DNA of 64,000 nt from an uncultured bacterium (lineage in GTDB: Bacteria > Chloroflexota > Dormibacteria > Aeolococcales > Aeolococcaceae), in the NCBI GenBank assembly GCA_963847225.1, contig CAWJYZ010000003.1, positions 819,763 through 883,762 on the forward strand, in the 5' to 3' direction. The notes beneath the pieces were generated by a model. It was not told the DNA's origin. It saw only the letters and a program-made list of their open reading frames with translations, and did no database searches. A program made the position numbers and the translations under genes. This document shows positions 1 to 9,253 of this stretch, piece after piece. The first letter of the stretch is position 1. Each line of letters opens with the position of its first letter.

Positions 1-185
1 AGGCGCTCGGGGCTGGCGCCACCGAGCACGAGCCGCTCCATGATGCGTTCTGGGGCGATCGGACCGGTCAGTTCATCGACCCGTTCGGGCACCGCTGGGC
101 GCTCGACCAACACCTTCAGGACGTGCCTCACGAAGAAGTGGTCCGTCTCGCCGCCAAAGCGTTTGGCGGGGGGCCTCAGTCATGA
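1..185 (+). CDS. VOC/glyoxalase (PhnB-like) protein, 3' part (truncated by window edge)
   Basis: Frame 3 reads ALGAGATEHEPLHDAFWGDRTGQFIDPFGHRW...; FWGDR and DPFGHRW are VOC motifs; stop overlaps the next ATG (ATGA). Confidence 0.85.
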   Translation, partial: ALGAGATEHEPLHDAFWGDRTGQFIDPFGHRWALDQHLQDVPHEEVVRLAAKAFGGGPQS

Positions 186-1195
186 TGCAGTCCCGTAGGT
201 TCGGCAGTACTGGGCTGCGAGTATCCGAACTGTTTCTCGGGGCCATGACCTTCGGCGAGCACGGCGGGGTTGGGGCCCCGCTCGAGGAGTGCCGCCGGAT
301 CGTCGACGCCTATTCCGAAGCGGGCGGCAACGTCGTCGACACTGCCATCAACTATCGCGGTGGGGCCAGTGAGGAGATTCTTGGGGATCTACTCGTCGGT
401 CGCCGGGATCAGTTCGTGCTGGCCACGAAGTACACGGTGTCCCGCGATCGAGATGACCCCAACGGTGCGGGCAATCACCGCAAGAACCTGCGACTTTCGC
501 TGGAAACGAGCCTACGGCGACTCCGCACCGATTACCTGGATATCTACTGGGTCCACATGTGGGACCGTCACACTCCGATCGAGGAGACTATGCGAGCCCT
601 CGACGACGAGGTCCGCGCTGGGCGAATCCTCTACATCGGCGTCTCCGACACCCCAGCCTGGATCGTTTCCCAAGCCAACACGCTCGCCGACTGGCGCGGT
701 TGGACCGCATTCGCCGGCCTGCAAGTGCCCTACAGCCTCTTGCAACGTGACATCGAACGTGAACTGCTTCCCATGGCGGAATCGTTCGGTATGACCGTGG
801 CGGTCTGGAGCCCGCTGGCCGGCGGGATCCTGTCGGGAAAGTTCACCCGAGAACAGGGTCCCGAAACGGGAAGTCGGATCGACCCGTCATCGATCACCGA
901 ACAGCAACACAAGGTGGCAACAACCGTGCAGTCCGTCGCCAACGAAATCGGAGCCACACCTTCACAAGTAGCCATCGCGTGGACGCGAACACGATCGCAC
1001 ACCATCCATCCAATCATCGGCGCACGCCGGCTCGACCAGCTTGTCGACAACCTCGGCGCTGTGTACATCGATCTTCCAAGCGATGCCGTTGCACAACTCG
1101 AAGTAGCAACGGACATTGACCTCGGATTCCCCACCACGTTCATCAGCGAGACGAGCCCCTGGGTGTTCGGCGCATCCTCCCTCCCGAGCGAATGA
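182..1195 (+). CDS. Aldo/keto reductase
   Basis: LGAMTFG, DTAINY, SLRRLRTDYLDIY, WSPLAGG and PIIGAR AKR motifs. Confidence 0.95.
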   Translation: MMQSRRFGSTGLRVSELFLGAMTFGEHGGVGAPLEECRRIVDAYSEAGGNVVDTAINYRGGASEEILGDLLVGRRDQFVLATKYTVSRDRDDPNGAGNHRKNLRLSLETSLRRLRTDYLDIYWVHMWDRHTPIEETMRALDDEVRAGRILYIGVSDTPAWIVSQANTLADWRGWTAFAGLQVPYSLLQRDIERELLPMAESFGMTVAVWSPLAGGILSGKFTREQGPETGSRIDPSSITEQQHKVATTVQSVANEIGATPSQVAIAWTRTRSHTIHPIIGARRLDQLVDNLGAVYIDLPSDAVAQLEVATDIDLGFPTTFISETSPWVFGASSLPSE

Positions 1196-1295
1196 CCACC
1201 TTCGGACGTGGAAACCCCAACGTCGAAACCTCGGCGGCCGAAATTGGGGACGCCCGTTTGAGGTGCAACTAGCCGCCAACGAAAGGAACGACATC

Positions 1296-2153
1296 ATGAG
1301 CAAGGTATGGTTCGTGACCGGCTCGTCCCGCGGCTTCGGCCGCAACTTCGTCGAGGCCGCCCTGTCCCGCGGCGACAAGGTGGCCGCAACGGCCCGGAAT
1401 ACCGGACACCTTGATGTGCTAGTCGCCGCTTATGGCAACTCCGTGCTGCCGCTTGAGCTGGACGTGACCGACAAGGCCACGGTCTTCGATAGCGTGACGC
1501 GGGCCAAGGAGCACTTCGGCCGTCTCGACGTCATCGTGAACAACGCTGGCTACGGCCTGTTCGGCGCGATCGAGGAACTGACCGAGCAGCAACTGCGAGA
1601 TGAGCTGGAGACCAACGTGTTCGGCGCTCTGTGGGTCATTCAGGCCGCGCTGCCCCACCTGCGCGAGCAGGGCGCAGGGCACATCATCCAGATGTCCTCC
1701 ATCGCCGGGCTCATCGCAATGCCGATCGGCGGCGGATACCACATCGCCAAGTGGGCCCTCGAAGCCCTGAATGAGTCCCTCGCCCAAGAGGTCGCCGGCT
1801 TCGGCATCAGGGTGACGCTGGTCGAGCCCAGCGCCTTCGCCACCAGGTCCGGCGGCGAGATACCAAATCCACTCTCTGACGGCATCCAGGCGGAGGCCGA
1901 CCCCATCTACGACGGTTTCCGCCAGAGCATCGCCGGGTTCATGAAGAAGAACATGGAGGCCGGTGACCCGGTTGCCGCGGCCCAGGCACTCCTCAAGATC
2001 GTCGACTCCGAAAACCCGCCCCTGCGGGTGTTCTTCGGCGCCGAGGGCTACCAGATAGTCCAGCAGGTCTACGCGAACCGCCTCGAGACCTGGGCCCATT
2101 GGCAGGGCCTTTCGGCAGAGGCGCACGGTGAACTCGATCCAAAGACCCGATGA
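1296..2153 (+). CDS. Short-chain dehydrogenase/reductase
   Basis: TGSSRGFG, NNAG and YHIAK catalytic motif; RBS GAAAGGAA before ATG 1296. Confidence 0.93.
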   Translation: MSKVWFVTGSSRGFGRNFVEAALSRGDKVAATARNTGHLDVLVAAYGNSVLPLELDVTDKATVFDSVTRAKEHFGRLDVIVNNAGYGLFGAIEELTEQQLRDELETNVFGALWVIQAALPHLREQGAGHIIQMSSIAGLIAMPIGGGYHIAKWALEALNESLAQEVAGFGIRVTLVEPSAFATRSGGEIPNPLSDGIQAEADPIYDGFRQSIAGFMKKNMEAGDPVAAAQALLKIVDSENPPLRVFFGAEGYQIVQQVYANRLETWAHWQGLSAEAHGELDPKTR

Positions 2154-2468
2154 CCCTCGGTCTTAGCTCTTGAAGGTCCGAGCCAGGGTCTAACGCTGCC
2201 TTTTGGGGCTCTCCTGTCGTTTCCGTGGGTGAGTTGAGAGCCGCCTGAACGAGAACACGCCGCTCGCACCTACCCTTTCCGGCTGGAAGATAACGGAACC
2301 CATGTTCGGGAGGTACCATCCGCATCCTGACCTCGGCAGCTAACTTTCTAAAACTATCATTTTCTCCAGTTAGTCAACATGGAAGGACCGACCAACGCGC
2401 AAGATCGTGGGTTGGGCGGGCAGACGAAGCACGCCCCGCGCAGAGCCACAGGCGAGGAGGCCGGTCCC

Positions 2469-3590
2469 ATGAGTGAGCGTACGAGGTTCGTCGGACTGGA
2501 TGTTCATGCGGCGACGATCGCCGTTGCCGTCGCCGAGGACACCGGATGCGTCGAGGAGCGCGGCACCATCCCGAATGAGGCGCAGGCGGTGAGGCGGTTG
2601 ATCGGCCGGCTGAGCGAGCCGGGGGTGCGACTGTCGGTTGCCTACGAAGCGGGCCCCACGGGATATGCTCTCCACCGCCAGCTCAGCGGTCTCGGGGTGG
2701 AGTGCATGGTCGTGGCTCCCTCGTTGATCCCACGGACACCCGGAGACCGGGTGAAGACGGATCGCCGCGATGCCCTGAAGCTAGCACGCCTCCTGCGAGG
2801 TGGGGATCTGACGGCCGTATGGGTTCCCGATCAGGCGCATGAGGCCCTGCGCAACCTGGTGCGGTCGCGCGGAGACGCCAAGGCCGACGAGCTCCGTGCC
2901 CGGCACCGGCTCAGCAAGTTCCTGCTGCGTCAGGGGCTGCGGCCGCCGGCGGGTGTCAAGCCGTGGTCACTCAAGCACGAGGCCTGGCTGAACCAGCTGC
3001 GCTTCGAGCAGGCGCCCGACCAGGTCGTGTTCGCGGACTACCGCGCGGTCGTACGCACCGCCACCGAGCGCGTTCGGCGGCTCGAGGCTGCACTCCTCCA
3101 AAGCGCGTCGTCGAGTTCGCAAGTGCGCACGATCGCTGCGCTCCAGACGCTCCACGGCGTCGGCTTCCTGAGCGCGGTCACCATCGTCGCCGAGGTCGGC
3201 GACCTTCGCCGGTTCCGCAGCGCGCGCCAGCTCATGGCCTACGCAGGACTGGTGCCGAGTGAATACTCCAGCGGCGCCTCTCGCCAGCGTGGACCCGTCA
3301 CGAAGACCGGCAACGGTCATCTACGCCATGTCCTCGGCGAAGCGGCGCACCATGCCCGACATACACCCTCGTCGAGATCGGCAGCACGCGCGCGGCGAGA
3401 CGGGGTGCCGCACGACCTCGCCGACATTGCCTGGCGCGCGCACCAGCGGCTCCATGACCGCTACCGCCATCTCGGCGGCCGGATCGGCCGCCCCAAGGCC
3501 CTCACCGCAGTCGCTCGAGAGCTGGCCGGGTTCGTTTGGGCGATCGGGCAGCGGCTCGATCAGTCGGTGACGGAGGGTGCGGCGGCGTGA
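2469..3590 (+). CDS. IS110-family DEDD recombinase/transposase
   Basis: VGLDVH, YEAGPTG, KTDRRDA (DEDD) and GLVPSEYSSG (catalytic Ser); RBS GAGGAGG. Confidence 0.96.
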   Translation: MSERTRFVGLDVHAATIAVAVAEDTGCVEERGTIPNEAQAVRRLIGRLSEPGVRLSVAYEAGPTGYALHRQLSGLGVECMVVAPSLIPRTPGDRVKTDRRDALKLARLLRGGDLTAVWVPDQAHEALRNLVRSRGDAKADELRARHRLSKFLLRQGLRPPAGVKPWSLKHEAWLNQLRFEQAPDQVVFADYRAVVRTATERVRRLEAALLQSASSSSQVRTIAALQTLHGVGFLSAVTIVAEVGDLRRFRSARQLMAYAGLVPSEYSSGASRQRGPVTKTGNGHLRHVLGEAAHHARHTPSSRSAARARRDGVPHDLADIAWRAHQRLHDRYRHLGGRIGRPKALTAVARELAGFVWAIGQRLDQSVTEGAAA

Positions 3591-3593
3591 TGA

Positions 3594-3793
3594 TTGGGTG
3601 CTGGCGCAGGTCGCGGTCGAGGCCGGCAGAGTCTCCGAGAACCCTCGACGCTAACTATGCGATCGTGAACTCGCGCCTTTTAGTCCGAGGCAGCTCGGTG
3701 AACGGCTCACTGTCATGCGGCTCGACCCGCGCATACCAGGGTGATCACCGTCGCCACCCCCTGCTCTCGGCCGCGTCCTGCGCCCGCACCCAA
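3594..3793 (+). ncRNA. Putative bridge/seek RNA of the IS1111 element
   Basis: Outer stem 3594-3610/3777-3793 encloses two stem-loops whose internal loops match the target (CGCTAACT, TTAG) and the donor end (CATACCAG). Confidence 0.75.
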
Positions 3794-3858
3794 CGCCATC
3801 GGCAAGCCTTCAAGGAGTGGCTGCGCCACGGTCTTGACATTACCTTCCATACCAGTTA

Positions 3859-4342
3859 GTGGCTGCCGCCTCCCTCCCCTTGTCATGGTCGGCCATGGCG
3901 TCACTGCCCCAGGTGCCCAGACCGCTCAGTCCGGCCCCTCGTCGCCACACGAGCGAGGCTATGCGACTGGCGGCCTACACATTTCCGTTACCCGCCGGCT
4001 TCGAGCAGGAGGCGATGGCCACTGCCACCCCTGAGGTGCAGGTGCTGTCCACAACCCCGGTCGCTGTCATCGCCGTTGCGTCCGGACGTATGGGGAGCCT
4101 GGGAAGCCGGCGCTTACTACAGCGACTTCGATGTCGGCCACCATGTCTGGGGGATCACCTCTCGAGGCACCTTCCCAGGCCTGTCTTGCTCAGCACCACC
4201 AATCGGGGCAACTGAGCCTCCCAATTGCGCCGGTCCGCCGAACACATCCATGGGGATATTCCTTGACTACAGCTCCGGGGCGTTCGTCATGTCTGAGACG
4301 CCTGCCCCTGTTCCGTCCCCGTCGCTGCTCCAGAGTTCCTAA
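3859..4342 (+). pseudogene. Fragmented hypothetical (possibly secreted) protein
   Basis: Two overlapping ORFs (3859-4215, 4076-4342) that appear to join by a frameshift; begins right at the IS end. Confidence 0.4.
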
Positions 4343-4625
4343 CCCCAGACTGGACGAGCCGGACCGCCCCGGTGAGGGTGATGGAGGAGTCGCTCCGCCA
4401 ACTCCTTCCAGTGCTGTCGCTCGATGTGGTACCTGTCACCGCCATGGCAAATCGGGACCAGTCCGCCTCCCGCGTCGGCATAATCCGGCCGCCACTCAGA
4501 GCACCGACGCCCAGCATCCTAACCCTCGGGATCACCCGATACCGCCCCGTTGGGCTTGCCGCTCGAGAGCCGTGATCGCGTAGCTGGAGAGGTCGACGGT
4601 GATCGCGGCGGTCGCGTGCCGAGCT

Positions 4626-4649
4626 CTGACCACTTATGCTGACCACTTA
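4626..4649. repeat. Tandem 11-bp direct repeat CTGACCACTTA (integrase arm-type-like)
   Basis: Exact copies at 4626-4636 and 4639-4649. Confidence 0.6.
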
Positions 4650-4793
4650 CGCGCCGCGTGAATCCCCGATTTCGACCTTCCGCAGTCGTCCGCGGGCGTC
4701 CGACCGGGCCGATTTTGAATACAGGCAAGGGGATTTTCGGACACGAACGGACGTGCGTGGACGCTTTTGCTCCGGTTTTTCAGACCCTGCGGG

Positions 4794-7056
4794 TCAGCGG
4801 GAGATCGCCGGCGTCACCACGGTCCAGGTGCGACCGCCATCGGTCGTCTGAAGCAGCCCGGACGCACCCGTTCTGCCGTTCACCGTCTCGGCCCAGCCCA
4901 CCTCGTTGGTCACGAAGTCGAGGGAGACGATCTGGATCTCGCTAGACCGGCTCCCCAGCGGGGACCATGTCCGTCCCCCCTCCGTCGTGGCCCATAGGGT
5001 CATCGACGGGGCGGGCGGAGTTGTGGCTGGGGCAGGCGACGGCGACAGGGATGGCGGGATGGGAGTCGTCAGCACCCAGCCATCCTTCTGACCGACGAAG
5101 TCTGCCGCCGCCACCAGTTGGCCCTCACCCGGAGTCGCGATCTCGCTCCACGAACCTCCCGCATCCGTGGTCACGTAGAGGGCGGAACTCTGAGGGTTGT
5201 CAGGCGTGTCCACGGGCAGCCACCCGCCCACCAGCACCCATCCACCCTGTTGCGACCAGAACTGAGGCGATTCGGAAGAGGCTTGGATGAGTGATGACGA
5301 CCCCGGCAGGGACTGGGAGCTCCAGGTCGCGCCGCCGTCGTGGCTCACGTAGAAGACCGGGCCGGAGCCTTCCGTAGTTCCGGCGATCCAGCCGGTGGTG
5401 GCATCGATGAAAAACCCCACGTTCGGCATGCCCGCGCTGCTGGCAACGTGCGTGGCCACCTCCGACCACCGCTCACCGCCGTCGGCCGTGCGGTACACGG
5501 CCACGCCCGAGGATCCGTTGGCCCCCCGCCCTCGGGCATGAAGATCCAGCCGTCCTTGGGGTTCACGAAGTCCAGGGTCGGGCCGAGGAAGTCCGGCACA
5601 TGGAAGGTCCCCTCCTTCGTCCAGGTCGTCCCGCCGTCACTGGTTGACCAGGCGATCAGGTCGGCGATCTCGGGCCCCGGGCAGTTGAAGAGGGTGCCGG
5701 TGGGCGCCTCGGCCGTGCTCGCGTTCAGGAAGGAAGCGGCGACTGTCTGCTGGACTCCGGTGACCGGCGGGGACGCCACAGTCCACCGGGCGCCCCCGTC
5801 GGTCGTGCGGAGGATCGCGCTGTCGGAGGCGCGTTGGGCCCACCCACTGCTGGTCGTGAACATGCGCAGGTTCTCCAGCTGATCCCCGCTGTTGGCCTGG
5901 GGCGTGGGGCTCGCACAGGGGGACGGAGGGGGCGTGGGCGTCGGCACAGACGTGGGGGTAGGGGTTGCCGCCGTGCCGGTCTGGGCCAGGCGCCAGCTGC
6001 CGTTCCAGGTCCAGGTGTCGCCGAGGTAGGCGGAGTTGTTGCCGAAAAGGTACTCGCCGCCGAAGAGGACCACCTCGTCCCGCGCCGCGTCGTAGGCGAC
6101 GGACTCGCCCGTACGTCCACCTTGGTTCAAGGAGGCGAGCGCTCCGGGGTTGCCCGGCACGGGTCCCACCTGGCTGACCCGGCTGAGGCGCAGGATGTTG
6201 GTGCCGGCGTAGGGAAGGAGGAGCCCACCGCCTGGCGCCTCCGCCAGCGCCGATGTGATCAGCATCTTGGGAACGGGGACCTCGCTCGTGGTGGTGATGC
6301 GTCCCGCAACGCTCCAGGCCGACCCGTCCCACGACCACACGAAGGTCGTCGGAGCACCGCTGCCCGCCTGGACGTGGCAGTCGCCATCGCTGTAGAGGGG
6401 CAGGCTGTGCTGGCGTGAGTCGTAGCCGAGCAGACCACCGCCTGCGGACCCAAGGGATGACTGCAGGTCAAGCCTTGCCCAGGAACCGCTCTTCCACTGG
6501 CAGGTCGCGACCCCCTGGCAGGTCGAGCTGTCCAGCCCGGTGACGAGGATCAGCTGGCCGGTCGCTTCGTCCGTGGCGAGGCGGACGGCCCATGACGTTG
6601 CCGACGCAGGCGACGCACCGTGCGGCTGAGGAGCCCAGGTCGATCCATCCCAGGTCCACGTGTCGCTTTCCATCGGGCTTGCGCCGAAGGCGTCGGGATA
6701 GCCGCCGGTGAGGACGAGTGATCGGCTCTGCGGGTCGTAGGCCATCAGCGCGTCGGTGCGTGGTGGCGGCGATACCCGGGGAAAAAGCTCACTCCAGCCC
6801 GACCCGTTCCAGTTCCAGGCGTCATCAAGAGCGGCGCCCCCCTGTCACCGCCGAAAATGACCACGCTCTGCGTCGCAGGGTCGTAGGCCATCGCGGCACC
6901 CTCTCGAGGGGACGGGGTTCCCGGGGTGGCCGCGACGGCGTGGCCACTGGCGGCGGGCGTCGGCCGTCCGCAGGAGGCAAGAATGATCGCCCCCGCGAGC
7001 AGGCCGGCGGTGCCGAGCACCCTGCGCCGATTGGAGATGGTCGCGATCCTCACCAT
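4794..7056 (-). pseudogene. Lipoprotein with Kelch-like and BNR/Ycf48-like beta-propeller repeats, split by frameshifts
   Basis: N-terminal RRR plus lipobox LASC; AYD...GG...DTWTW Kelch-like repeats; Pro/Thr linker; TxDGGxxW Asp-box repeats; spread over 3 reading frames. Confidence 0.7.
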
Positions 7057-7173
7057 GAACGTCTCTGTGTTGGGCCCTATCGGGTGATACGTAAAAGGGG
7101 CCCCGAACGCTACGCCGCTGCGGCGCGGGGGGCCTGAACCGCCACCCACTGCGAGCACCGGGCGTCGATTGCC

Positions 7174-7200
7174 CGACGCCATATCTGACGCCAACTGACC
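7174..7200. repeat. Tandem (T/C)GACGCCA repeats, putative integrase arm-type sites
   Basis: CGACGCCA 7174-7181, TGACGCCA 7186-7193 and partial TGACC, about 100 bp inside the tRNA fragment. Confidence 0.5.
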
Positions 7201-7291
7201 CTTGGGACGATGCGTTTCGGTGCGGCTTGGCGCGGCTCCGCGTATTCAGGCGCGTGGGTCCTGTGGCCTCTAACTAAGATGCGTCTGGTGC

Positions 7292-7335
7292 GTCTGGGGG
7301 ACCAGGGGTCCGCGGTTCGAGTCCGCGCTCCCCGA
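7292..7335 (+). other. 3' half of tRNA-Pro(GGG): att duplication marking a genomic island boundary
   Basis: GTCTGGGGGACCAGGGGTC CGCGG-TTCGAGT-CCGCG CTCCCCGA gives the anticodon loop, variable loop, T-arm and 3' acceptor strand; the 5' half is absent. Confidence 0.8.
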
Positions 7336-7375
7336 CTGGATTTATCAGGAGGTGCTCTCGGAGGGGGTGAGCATC

Positions 7376-8362
7376 TCATTCGCGTTCGCGCACAGGGTTC
7401 GTGGGCCCGTCAGCCTCACCGCCGCCGGCACGCAGGGCGCGCGCCCGCCGCCTCCCCGCATGCATGGCCTGCACGCGGGCCACGGGGATGGCACGACCCT
7501 CATCGATCAGACCCATGTCGAGGTGCTGCGGCGCCGGCATCCGCTCAGCCCATGCGTCGCCACCGCCGGCCGCCGTGTGGATGGTGAAGTCCCTCGGCGC
7601 CACCCGGTCCAGGTCGTCCCAGGCGACGGGAAACGAGACGGGGACGCCGGGCCGCGCCCGGGGACTGTACGCCGACACGACGGTGGCCCAGCCGACCCGG
7701 GTGGAATCGATGAACACCCTGCCGCCACGCTGCTCCTTCATGAACGCTGTGGTGGCGAGCGAAGGGTCGAGTTGCTCCACGCGGGCGGCGATAGCGCGCG
7801 TCGCGGCTGCCACCTCCTCGAAAGGGGCGTCCGCGACGGGCACGAAGACATGCACCCCCTTGGCACCGCTGGTCTTGATCGCAGCGATGAGGTGAGCATC
7901 CGTCAACACCTGACGGGCGACGAAAGCAGCCTGCACCGCCGCCGGGAAGTCGCTCAGCGACGGTGGGTCAAGGTCGAGGACCATGTACATCGGGTGTGCC
8001 AGGCTGCCGGCGCGCACCAGCGCGGGGTGGTACTCGACCGCGCGCTGGTTGGCAAACCACAAGAGCGTGCGCCTGTCATTGCAGAGCGGGTAGGAGACCT
8101 CACGCTGCGATGTCTCAGCCCAAACCTGCATCGTCCGCACCCACGGTGGGGCGTAGCGGGGAGCGTTCTTCTGCATGAAGGGTGGCTGGCCGCGCAGCAC
8201 GCGTACCACGGAGAGTGGCCGGTCGCGGAGATCGAGGATGATCCGATCAGCCACCGCGGCCAGGTAATCCACCAGGTCCCGTTTGGTGGCCTGCGCCTCG
8301 GCGAACAGCGGCTCATCGAGGTTGGTGAAGGTGACCTCGTCTGGGGCCGGGGCGCCGCTCAT
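7376..8362 (-). CDS. LigD-type primase-polymerase domain protein
   Basis: TNLD...TKRDLVDY, FMQKN, VLDLDP, KTSGAKGVHV and SAYSPRARPG motifs. Confidence 0.92.
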   Translation of the reverse strand: MSGAPAPDEVTFTNLDEPLFAEAQATKRDLVDYLAAVADRIILDLRDRPLSVVRVLRGQPPFMQKNAPRYAPPWVRTMQVWAETSQREVSYPLCNDRRTLLWFANQRAVEYHPALVRAGSLAHPMYMVLDLDPPSLSDFPAAVQAAFVARQVLTDAHLIAAIKTSGAKGVHVFVPVADAPFEEVAAATRAIAARVEQLDPSLATTAFMKEQRGGRVFIDSTRVGWATVVSAYSPRARPGVPVSFPVAWDDLDRVAPRDFTIHTAAGGGDAWAERMPAPQHLDMGLIDEGRAIPVARVQAMHAGRRRARALRAGGGEADGPTNPVRERE

Positions 8363-8431
8363 GGGAGCGCAGTCTGCCAGGCGCTGGGCATGCGCGACGA
8401 GAGCCTGCCCGTGCCAGAGGGCTCGCCCAGC

Positions 8432-9253
8432 TCAGCCCGTGCCGTCACCGGTCGCCACGGGCCGCCCCGGGGTTCGGCAGTACTCGGACCAGGAGCCGGG
8501 ATAGAGCCGGCCCCTTCCCATCCCCGCGTGCTCCATGGCGAGCAGGTTGTGGCAGGCGGTGACTCCGGAGCCGCAGTAGGAGACGACGCGCGACGGATCG
8601 GAGACGCCGGCGCCCAGGAAGCGGGAGCGCAGCGCATCGACCGGGAGCAGCGTCCCCTGCGCGCTCAGGTTCTCACGGCACGGGATGTTGCGCGCCCCGG
8701 GGATGTGCCCGGCGCGGGGATCGACGGGCTCCTCGTCGCCGCGGTAGCGTACCCGGTCCCTGGCGTCGACGACCACGTTGGACCGATCGAGGACGTCATC
8801 GATGCCGGCCAGCCGTTCCGACGGCCAGGGCCGCGCCGTGAAGCGGGCCGGCGGGCGGGGGGGCGGCTCGGTGCTCAGCGGGCCTTCGTAGGCGCCGAGA
8901 CCACCGTCAAGGAGCGCGGCGTCATGGTCGAGGACGCGCAGCATCCACACCAGACGGGCGGCTATGACCCCGCCGGCATCGTCATAGGCGATGACGGTGT
9001 CCCCATCGGCGATGCCCAGCGTCTCCATGCCCTCGGCGAATCGGCGCGGGTCGGGGAGCGGATGCCGGCCTGTTTCCGGTCCCACGGGTCCGGCGAGCCA
9101 GCGCTCGAGATCGACGAACACGGCGCCGGGGAGGTGTCCGCTGGCGTAGGCCGCGCTCCCCAACCGGCCGTCGAGGTACCAGCGGCAGTCGGCGAGCACC
9201 GCATCCCGCCCGTGGGCGCCCAGCCAGGTCAGGTCGACGACGGGTGGGATCAT
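8432..9253 (-). CDS. Sulfurtransferase (tandem rhodanese, SseA-like)
   Basis: GHLPGA, GRHPLP, CGSGVTA active loop and LYPGSWSEY. Confidence 0.93.
   Translation of the reverse strand: MIPPVVDLTWLGAHGRDAVLADCRWYLDGRLGSAAYASGHLPGAVFVDLERWLAGPVGPETGRHPLPDPRRFAEGMETLGIADGDTVIAYDDAGGVIAARLVWMLRVLDHDAALLDGGLGAYEGPLSTEPPPRPPARFTARPWPSERLAGIDDVLDRSNVVVDARDRVRYRGDEEPVDPRAGHIPGARNIPCRENLSAQGTLLPVDALRSRFLGAGVSDPSRVVSYCGSGVTACHNLLAMEHAGMGRGRLYPGSWSEYCRTPGRPVATGDGTG

Larger units (their letters stand above)
2372..3855 (+). mobile_element. IS110-family, IS1111-subgroup insertion sequence
   Basis: AG core at 2372-2373 and 3854-3855; sub-terminal IRs ATGGAAGG (2379-2386) and CCTTCCAT (3843-3850), 7 and 3 nt from the ends; long 3' non-coding region; TTGACA at 3834-3839. 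Confidence 0.88.

Noticed and set aside
2366-3860. 9-bp target-site duplication CCAGTTAGT
   Set aside because: IS110/IS1111 elements do not make TSDs. IR spacing and guide matches are better explained by a 2-bp AG core in a GTTAGTTAG target.
7261-7340. Complete tRNA gene
   Set aside because: No D-arm or 5' acceptor strand, and the anticodon stem is incomplete.
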